From assembly GCA_027365515.1 (NCBI GenBank), contig DAHXMK010000022.1:1-32469 (forward strand): DNA of 32,469 nucleotides, written 5' to 3'. Position numbers and translations under genes: made by a program. The notes below the pieces were generated by a model that ran no database searches, was not told the origin of the DNA, and was given only the letters and a program-made list of their open reading frames with translations. Below are positions 11,701 to 17,572 of the stretch, piece by piece. Each line of letters starts with the position of its first letter. Within the stretch, counting starts at the first letter, position 1. The stretch is from Candidatus Aminicenantes bacterium (GTDB lineage: Bacteria > Acidobacteriota > UBA4820 > DSQY01).

Positions 11701-11853
11701 TCGCTTAAGCCCGAATGGCCGTCTGCGGGAAGAATTCTTGCCGAAGCAAGCGGTGGTGCTATCAAGATTTCTCTTTGGCGCGACGCCGATAAGATCGAAG
11801 CAGAAATGAACCAAGCCGAAGCAGCCGCGACCGAAGAGAAGAGGGGATATTAA
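8770..11853 (+). CDS. TPR-repeat / ClpA-ClpB-type double AAA+ ATPase (D1 degenerate, D2 intact, no M-domain)
   Basis: TTG 8770 lies about 8 nt after GAGGTGG. TPR-like repeats are most evident at about residues 300-400 within an N-terminal region of about 440 aa. The Clp D1 signature is LVGEAGVGKTAIVEEVA...RFRGQFEERV. D2 shows FVGPTGVGKTELAK, VVLFDEVEKA, IIMTSN, PEFLNRVDE and GARNIGR. Confidence 0.85.
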   Translation: MTLSLSEALDKARERLAFLSVAAPSRKEGGDSASEEAYSFLAEAFYMVTAAGMAGSAQKNNFIKELAQRAIAAMQDPSMENHAGFQGRLFARYRDLFAQVFPVHGASRDLVPLYLRKYQQILDDMAHLSSLQPSARKGPDVERALVDALTFFVNNWTGALAIVRPSSQTMEAPEVEVLPGNNGLAVSRLKSLSRQIRDGLYLVHETVPPLPLYPFFFTDENKSYIFRMLTSEGVFYRALGSDGYSLMFATQLVMDLAESLLRLGAYGKAINLYRIAGGKNREAALYASVLTHCLNAQDYSSRGEPARAVGEWELALTVKPDYPVLYHEMANDCLAANRPQQAISALNRLLERFPVSDEAYVSLGDVYAAKADWGRAQRAYEKAMILNPHHPAASEKRQVARIKLEAKGAAEAGEKGSTPQEELVSSLTDLVANRPRVALAGREAEVAQIIEVLSCRDKRNALLVGEAGVGKTAIVEEVALRLHEGTAPEHLKGKRVQSINVPALIAGARFRGQFEERVLDLVRKLREKGELAVIENMHQLVHTGGSRGASLDSAALLSPALSRGEIQVIGTTDEEALSNLLEKDPSLLKNFHVIRIEELPLEEIKKVLCLRRPVYEAYHTVSIPSGLFENSLDLIRASINTRCLPESALDLMDRAAARVAMREPSGECLEVTREDMLQTLAEMSGVSLDRLALLSHDRLANIEHMLSEKVVGQERAVSAVSRVVRSCKLGMDLDADRPDGVFLFVGPTGVGKTELAKRLAEVLFGDEEKLIRIDMSEYMERISTSRLIGTAPGYVGYYDQNQLADRVRRNPYCVVLFDEVEKADPQVMNLFLQIFDAGRLTDGKGRTVRFHHSTIIMTSNIGTEMFSHGMLGYREETGSSGLDEAVMRQVRSNFAPEFLNRVDEIITFDSLGPETMESIVDLQLQDLKERLARQGKSLILSSGAKRLLASLGYSSEYGARNIGRILRRHVSEPLALLSLKPEWPSAGRILAEASGGAIKISLWRDADKIEAEMNQAEAAATEEKRGY

Positions 11854-11922
11854 AGCCGATGGTCCTGGTTACTGTTGCGCCGCTCAAGCATCTGTATTAC
11901 CCTTTGAAAGGAGGGTCCGCAG

Positions 11923-12108
11923 ATGTTGGACCGAGTGCTCCGAGGAATTGGTGGGCTCTTAGTGGTTTTGAGCGTGACGCTTGGATACTTCGTTCATCCG
12001 GCCTTCTATTTTTTTACGGCGTTCGTAGGGTTGAACTTGTTCCAGTCCGCTTTCACTAACTGGTGTCCCATGATGCAGCTTCTTAAGAAAGCTGGCGTAT
12101 CACATTGA
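11923..12108 (+). CDS. DUF2892 (YgaP-like) small membrane protein
   Basis: ATG 11923 follows AAAGGAGGG. The 61-aa product has two hydrophobic helices and the characteristic FVGLNLFQSAFTNWCPM motif. Confidence 0.8.
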   Translation: MLDRVLRGIGGLLVVLSVTLGYFVHPAFYFFTAFVGLNLFQSAFTNWCPMMQLLKKAGVSH

Positions 12109-12255
12109 CAACAAGGGATTTTATCACCCTAGCCTTGGTCCTTGGGGCTTGGTACATTGTCAACCGTTTCCTGCTGCCCAGAATGGGCGTAAGTACTTGA
12201 AGTGCCAACGCATGCGAGGTCGAGTTCGACCCCACGAAAACAGGGAGGAAAGATA

Positions 12256-12582
12256 ATGGCTCACAACGTAAGTGAAATCACCGACGCGACCTTTCAGACG
12301 GAAGTCCTCGATTCTTCAACGCCTGTCGTTGTTGACTTTTGGGCGCCATGGTGCGGCCCGTGCAGGATGGTAGCCCCGGTTATGGAGGAATTGGCGGGCG
12401 AAATGGCTGGACAGGCCAAATTCACTAAAATGAACATAGATGACAATCCCACCACTCCCAATCGGTTTGGCATAATGGCCATTCCAACGCTGCTTGTTTT
12501 TAAGGGCGGCCAGCTAGTCGGCCAGCACGTTGGTGCTCTTAGCAAGCCGGCCCTGAAGGGGATGATACAGAAGTCGCTGTAA
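12256..12582 (+). CDS. trxA: thioredoxin
   Basis: ATG 12256 follows GGGAGGAAAG. It carries the WCGPC active site in a thioredoxin of typical length, about 108 aa ([17 protein letters not shown]...[10 protein letters not shown]). Confidence 0.95.
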   Translation: MAHNVSEITDATFQTEVLDSSTPVVVDFWAPWCGPCRMVAPVMEELAGEMAGQAKFTKMNIDDNPTTPNRFGIMAIPTLLVFKGGQLVGQHVGALSKPALKGMIQKSL

Positions 12583-12597
12583 CTTTAAGGACTAAAG

Positions 12598-12807
12598 ATG
12601 CCTATATATGAGTACCGCTGCAGTGATTGCGGCGTAAAATTCGAAAAATTGGTGTTTAAGAAAGACGCGCCCGTCCCGGCGTGCCCATCGTGCAGGTCAG
12701 CGAAGGTCGCCAAGTTGATGTCCGTCCCGTCAGTTGGAGGATCGGCGGGGACCGCTTCATGTGGCGCTGCACGATCTGGTGGAGGGTGCGGCAGCGGCTT
12801 TAGTTGA
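12598..12807 (+). CDS. FmdB-family zinc-ribbon protein
   Basis: MPIYEYRCSDCG...CPSCRS shows paired CxxC motifs, followed by a Gly/Ser/Cys-rich tail. This is typical of the FmdB / CxxC_CxxC_SSSS family. Confidence 0.85.
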   Translation: MPIYEYRCSDCGVKFEKLVFKKDAPVPACPSCRSAKVAKLMSVPSVGGSAGTASCGAARSGGGCGSGFS

Positions 12808-12864
12808 GCGGGTTGAGTCTATCGGGCGCCGTGAGCGCCTGTGATGTTTCTGAAGACGAAAAGG

Positions 12865-12892
12865 GGCCCCTGAAAGTAGAGGGGCCTTCTTA
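12865..12892. terminator. bidirectional rho-independent terminator candidate
   Basis: GGCCCCT (12865-12871) pairs with AGGGGCC (12880-12886) around an 8-nt loop. It is followed by TTCTT on the + strand and preceded by GAAAAGG, which gives a T-rich run on the - strand. Confidence 0.6.
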
Positions 12893-13295
12893 ATATAAAT
12901 GGCCCAAGGTACGTACGTCTGATAAGATATCTTATGTCTATATATTGGCGCTGACAGGGCTGTGTCCTTCAGCATTAACTCTCCCGGTCTCTCGCTTCGT
13001 AATCTCGGCAATTCGTGCAGACCACTTCGAACATTAACCATCACGGCGAATGCCCTGATGCATTACCCTGCAACATAAGCCGGTTGTCAGACGTTTTATC
13101 ATATTTCAGATCATATTGATAGCCGTTTAATATAACCATTTCAACTAATTATTGGATATTTATTGATTATACTGGTAAATAATCGGCAATATCTCATGAA
13201 AGAAAAGATATTATTGTTAGCTCAGTAACGAGTAATATCGTGTGTATTTGCTTAGTTATCAATGTATAATCAATTCTTACTAAGTAATATACTGG

Positions 13296-13913
13296 CTAAA
13301 GACGACCAATTTTAGGCAGCAATTCAACTAACGAGGCAATACCTTTTTGAATAACGGGCAAGGATGATGAAAGGAGGGACCCTGGAGTCGCGGCCACTCC
13401 CCTACTCTCATTGACGATAACTTCATCGGGGGCTACTTCCATGCAGCTCTTGCCAGATGGCCAGGGCCCAAAAAGCGTTGTCACTATGAATTCTGCGAGG
13501 CTTATCGCTCCAATTGATCCTCCAGATGAGGCGGTTTCAAGAAGAAATTGGGCAACCTCAGGGTGAATTGTACGAGGATTATTCATGTCACCAAAATTGG
13601 TGATCCAATTCTTGACGGCGCCTTGGCCGCCGGGCAAGACAACGCCATTAAGGAGTTTGGGCGATATCTCTTTTAACAAGAACAGCTTGCCTTTCACTAA
13701 GCGAGACGCTTCTGTATATTGCGACCGAGACTGCTCTGAAATATCAAGCATAGTTGAATGGTCGCAAACTTGGAATTGCGGCTCCTCGATTGATAGATAC
13801 ACGACGTCATAGCCCGCTCTCTGTAATTCCAGAGTGGCAAGGACGGCCTCATGCACGTCACTACCGTCAAGAGCCCCGCAGCCATTTAGAAGAAGCCCGA
13901 ATCGAAGCTTCAC
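13296..13913 (-). CDS. ElbB-like DJ-1/PfpI (class I glutamine amidotransferase-like) family protein
   Basis: The N terminus GLLLNGCGALDGSDVHEAVL and the VLPGGQGAVKN motif match my memory of E. coli ElbB (ILSGCGVYDGSEIHEAVL, VPGGFGAAKN). The start overlaps the nrnA stop (ATGA). G+C is lower than in neighbouring genes. Confidence 0.7.
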   Translation of the reverse strand: MKLRFGLLLNGCGALDGSDVHEAVLATLELQRAGYDVVYLSIEEPQFQVCDHSTMLDISEQSRSQYTEASRLVKGKLFLLKEISPKLLNGVVLPGGQGAVKNWITNFGDMNNPRTIHPEVAQFLLETASSGGSIGAISLAEFIVTTLFGPWPSGKSCMEVAPDEVIVNESRGVAATPGSLLSSSLPVIQKGIASLVELLPKIGRL

Positions 13914-14908
13914 CGCTCGGCCGTCTCGCTTTCTAACGCCGACACAGCCTCTCGTATCAATAGCTCTTCGGCCTCATCTATTGGGATATCCAATCGGACG
14001 CCGGCGGCATTTTGGTGACCGCCCCCACCCCAGGGCGAAACGAAGCGATCAATAGGGAAATTCCCTCTTGAGCGGCATGAGACTTTTGTGTGGTTATTCC
14101 CTAACTCCTTAAAAAAGAAGCCAGCTACGACACCATCAACCTGTACTGTAAAATTAACAAGATCGTCCGCGTCTTCCATCCTGGCCCCGACCTGCCGGAT
14201 CATCTCATGGCGCATCTCTATCCAGGCGACCTTTCCACCAGGCGAACGCCGGAGAGTAGAGAGAATCGCGCCGGTAAGCTTCAGCCGCGTGGGGCTTTGG
14301 CGTTCGAAAATTTCGCTGTATACCCTCTGCGGTTCGACGCCCGCTGAGAGCAACTCCGCCGCAAGCCGGTGAGTTTTCGGGGTAGTGCTTGGATACCTGA
14401 AGCTGCCCGTGTCTGTAAGAATAGCGGCATATAAAGGCTCAGCGATTTCGACGCTGAGCGGAACATCGAGATGATTGATTACCTCCCTAACAATCGCCCC
14501 CGTTGCGCAAGCATCCTCGTCTATGAGGTAAGTTACTCCTTTTTCCTGGTCCAGCCTGTGGTGATCTATGACGATGATCCCTTCACTCTGGCGCGAAAGA
14601 GGCAGAACCGCCCCGAGCCTTTCAAAGGCCCCCATATCAACCACGACGGTCCACGCTGATCTGAAGAGCTCCTCTGGCGCTTGAATATCCCTGGGAGTGA
14701 CTATTTCGGCCGGTTCTTTGAGCAAAAACCTAAGGTTTTCCGGGACTTGGGTGGGATTGATCAGTGCCACTTCCTTGCCGAGGCCTCTAAGCGCCCTCCC
14801 CAAAGCGAGCTGGCTTCCAATGCCGTCTCCGTCACTGGACATATGTGTCGTCACGACGAATTTCTCACAAGAAGCTAATTTCGCAACCACATCTAGAAGC
14901 TGGTTCAT
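13910..14908 (-). CDS. nrnA: DHH-family phosphoesterase, NrnA-like oligoribonuclease / pAp phosphatase
   Basis: Diagnostic motifs are HMSSDGDGIGS, VIDHHR (DHH) and the DHHA1 motif GGGHQNAAG. The length is 332 aa. Confidence 0.85.
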   Translation of the reverse strand: MNQLLDVVAKLASCEKFVVTTHMSSDGDGIGSQLALGRALRGLGKEVALINPTQVPENLRFLLKEPAEIVTPRDIQAPEELFRSAWTVVVDMGAFERLGAVLPLSRQSEGIIVIDHHRLDQEKGVTYLIDEDACATGAIVREVINHLDVPLSVEIAEPLYAAILTDTGSFRYPSTTPKTHRLAAELLSAGVEPQRVYSEIFERQSPTRLKLTGAILSTLRRSPGGKVAWIEMRHEMIRQVGARMEDADDLVNFTVQVDGVVAGFFFKELGNNHTKVSCRSRGNFPIDRFVSPWGGGGHQNAAGVRLDIPIDEAEELLIREAVSALESETAER

Positions 14909-14994
14909 GGCTCCCCTTCCTTTAACCTCTTATTTTAGCAGGGAATTGTACGCCATGCAAAGAGAACCATACACATAACCACACCAACAACCGC

Positions 14995-15558
14995 CTAGAG
15001 AGCCCCAAGCTTCGCTAGAAGCGCGTTGAGTTCCGATTCCAATGTATCAATTGAGCCATTATTCTCAAGAATATGATCGCTCAGCTTGAGAGTGGCCTCC
15101 AGCTGCTGGCTTGTTGGATCGGATCCGTTCTCTTCGGCCTCCTTCTGAAGAAACGCGTCGAGCCCGGATGTGGCATCTCCAGTACGTCCTCTATCAACCG
15201 CCCGCTGATAACGGACCTCTGGCGATGCGGTAACCCCTAAGAGCATGAACCCTGCCAGCCCCACGCGCAATGCCTGCACCTCTGCAGGGTTGCGAATCGA
15301 ATCCACCACGTCACGTGACCCCAGTCTCGGCAATATCCTTAAAGCCAAAGCGGATGGGCCGCCTTCCCGCCTGATCCTGTTTCCAGTGGCGATCAAGTGG
15401 TCACGGCCAGTGGTTAGGCCTTCAGAAAGAGCCTCCTCCCTTACGATGTCGGAGAGGCTGTGGTATTTGAATCCGCGGCTCTTCAGCATCGCGGCGACCG
15501 TTCCCTTTCCTGAGGCGTTCGGGCCGGTCAGGCCAATTATGAGAGGGGCGCCCGTCAC
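14995..15558 (-). CDS. P-loop nucleotide kinase-like protein (dephospho-CoA kinase / UPF0200-like)
   Basis: GTG 15558 overlaps the upstream stop (GTGA), with GAAGG about 8 nt upstream. The N-terminal Walker A is IIGLTGPNASGKGT. At 187 aa it is small-kinase sized. Substrate is unknown. Confidence 0.7.
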   Translation of the reverse strand: MTGAPLIIGLTGPNASGKGTVAAMLKSRGFKYHSLSDIVREEALSEGLTTGRDHLIATGNRIRREGGPSALALRILPRLGSRDVVDSIRNPAEVQALRVGLAGFMLLGVTASPEVRYQRAVDRGRTGDATSGLDAFLQKEAEENGSDPTSQQLEATLKLSDHILENNGSIDTLESELNALLAKLGAL

Positions 15559-16835
15559 TGGATTGCCTTCTTTTTGGCCGTGGCAAGCTGAACCAGCAGA
15601 GGATTTTCGGGCTCTCTTGCCGCCGCAATATATTCTGGCAGAGCCATTGGAGAATACCCCATCATCTGGTAGCTCCTACCCAAGAAATACGAGGCCTTGG
15701 ATTGGAGTGATGTAGTGTAGGGCAAATTTGTCAGCAGGTCGGAAAGTTCCCTGGAAGAGTCCTCGTACTTTCCCAGCCTGTAGTTGCAGTAGCCAAGCCA
15801 ATAGGTGGCGTCTCCAGTATAGAGGTCAAGCGGCTGTTCCTTGACGAAGTTTCTCAAAAGAGGGGCTGCTTCCTCCTCCCGCTGCTCCCTCAGGAGAGAA
15901 ATCATGCCCAGCAGGTTGTCTCGATTGGCGGTTTTGTCCTTCAGGTAAGCGGAAGCCCATTCACGGTAGCTTAAGTTCAAAACAGCCTCATCTTCACCGC
16001 ACGCCTTAAGCGCTGACTGCCAGTCGGCACCCTTTTGAAGGGAGCCCAGTATCAGTTGAATTGCCTCGTCTCCACGCCGCGCCTCGATGCTTCTGAAAGC
16101 CCAGTAGCCGTTGAGCCACTGGCGCTCGCGGCCCGTCCCAAGGCCCGAGATTGCCTGAATCGGGGGGACGCTCAGCGAAAGAAGCGACCGGGTCTCATAG
16201 ACATGGCCAAAATCAGTGAGGTTCAGAACCAGGCCGGCTTGAAACCATTCAGGCGCTGCTGAATACCCTGGACAATTTTCATCCAACAATATCTGGCAAA
16301 GCGCCGCTGCAAAAAGATCTCTGGCGGCCCACCATTTCAGCATTATCGGTTCTACGGCAAATTGCGCTTTCCACCACCCTGAACCGCCTTTTGCCACCGA
16401 GAATGGCTGCTTGAATGAACAGGCCTGATAATCGGATGGATTAAATTGAGCTAGGTTCTGCGCCGAAGGGTAAAGGCCGGAACCGTCCTTCAAATCCTTT
16501 ATGGCTTCAACCAACGCTTCATCAAGATCGCCAAGCGCTCTGGCTGCATCGCCGTCACCGGCAAACCTTCCCGAGTAGGCCTCCACCTTCAATCCTGCCC
16601 ATGACATCGGGCGCTCAGGCTGGGCGGCAATGGGCTTTGCAGTTGGCTCGGACTTCTCCTGTTTTGCGTTTGTCTCAGGCCGCGCCACCCTTTCAATTCT
16701 TGGCGGCGCGGGCTGGTCCGGAATAAATAGATAAGCCAACTCTTTTCTGTGGCGCCAACCCACAAGCCCAAGGCAGGCGATGAGAACGAAGAGGCCCAGC
16801 AATAGCGCGAAGAGGGTTCTCCACAACCGGTTCAA
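15555..16835 (-). CDS. membrane-anchored protein with C-terminal TPR repeats
   Basis: I favour TTG 16835, which has GGAGG 4 nt upstream and overlaps the BatE-like stop (TTGA). This gives an N-terminal TM helix WRTLFALLLGLFVLIACLGLVGW. The C terminus is TPR-like (YWLGYCNYRLGKYEDS...). The 562-aa track ORF extends antisense-like through the upstream gene and I do not believe it. Confidence 0.7.
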   Translation of the reverse strand: MNRLWRTLFALLLGLFVLIACLGLVGWRHRKELAYLFIPDQPAPPRIERVARPETNAKQEKSEPTAKPIAAQPERPMSWAGLKVEAYSGRFAGDGDAARALGDLDEALVEAIKDLKDGSGLYPSAQNLAQFNPSDYQACSFKQPFSVAKGGSGWWKAQFAVEPIMLKWWAARDLFAAALCQILLDENCPGYSAAPEWFQAGLVLNLTDFGHVYETRSLLSLSVPPIQAISGLGTGRERQWLNGYWAFRSIEARRGDEAIQLILGSLQKGADWQSALKACGEDEAVLNLSYREWASAYLKDKTANRDNLLGMISLLREQREEEAAPLLRNFVKEQPLDLYTGDATYWLGYCNYRLGKYEDSSRELSDLLTNLPYTTSLQSKASYFLGRSYQMMGYSPMALPEYIAAAREPENPLLVQLATAKKKAIQ

Positions 16836-17572
16836 GGAGCCTCCAAGTTGGACGATTCGGTCCAACCGCTGCCTTCTCCCCACATCAAAAGGCTCCACTC
16901 TCCAGCGGAGGCGACGCGCACAACTTCGGAGCCGGGAGGAAGCGTTGCAAGTTCCGCCCCTTCGTTGGCCGCCTTCTCCGTCACCTTCGCAGGCGACACT
17001 ATCACAACTGGCTGATGCATCGGTGCCACTCTGACCGCGTAGTACAAACAGCCTCCCGATACGGCCGCGGCAATGAACAGGCCGGTCATTACCGCGGCGA
17101 GGCTTCTTCTTGCCTTTCCGGGGCCGAGGAACAGGGCGATCCATAGAAGCACGTTGCCAGCAAAAGCCAGAAACAGCGTGATTACCGTGAACACATTTGT
17201 CCCGACCGACGTTATCGCCGCCTCCCAGGGGGGGGGCTGCCATGCCACCGCTTTCGCCGGAAGCAGCCTGCGCGCGGTGGCCAAGTTGGTCATCGCGGCT
17301 TTCATCTTTGAATCGAAGAGGAGCGCCCTGCGGTAGGCCACGATCGCCCGCGCCACGTCCCCGCCCTTGAGAAAGCTGTTTCCGAGGTCGAATTGCACTT
17401 CAGCGCCGTCATGGCCCGATGAAGCCATAAGCGCATAAAGCTTAGCCGCCTCCGCGTAGCGACCCTGTTCGTAAGCCTGGCTCGCCTGCGAGGCCATTGC
17501 CGAGGGGACCTGGGCTAGCAGCGCCGACGCCGAGGCCCACAAAAGAAAGGCGAAAGCAGTGATTTTAGCCAC
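16832..17572 (-). CDS. BatE-like protein (signal peptide, TPR, TM segments, C-terminal SH3b-like domain)
   Basis: GTG 17572 lies 7 nt after GGAGG and overlaps the batD-like stop by 8 nt. The TPR segment is AYEQGRYAEAAKLY...GNSFLKGGDVARAIVAYRRAL. The C-terminal GEWSLLMWGEGSGWTESSNL resembles SH3b. The position after BatD fits the Bat operon order. Confidence 0.7.
   Translation of the reverse strand: MAKITAFAFLLWASASALLAQVPSAMASQASQAYEQGRYAEAAKLYALMASSGHDGAEVQFDLGNSFLKGGDVARAIVAYRRALLFDSKMKAAMTNLATARRLLPAKAVAWQPPPWEAAITSVGTNVFTVITLFLAFAGNVLLWIALFLGPGKARRSLAAVMTGLFIAAAVSGGCLYYAVRVAPMHQPVVIVSPAKVTEKAANEGAELATLPPGSEVVRVASAGEWSLLMWGEGSGWTESSNLEAP

Noticed and set aside
12218-12231. GGTCGAGTTCGACC, noticed while scanning for tRNA T-arm-like GTTCGA sequences.
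   Set aside because: There is no acceptor, D or anticodon arm context, so it is not a tRNA. I kept it only as a possible operator in the trxA leader (see findings).
12757-13044. A 95-aa minus-strand ORF reaching into the AT-rich spacer.
   Set aside because: It overlaps the 3' end of the FmdB-like gene and the terminator hairpin. It has no SD and an implausible composition.
16836-17243. An N-terminal 136-aa extension of the 562-aa track ORF (15555-17243).
   Set aside because: The extension overlaps the BatE-like gene out of frame and is Arg/Gly-rich junk. An SD-supported TTG at 16835 gives a sensible N-terminal TM anchor.
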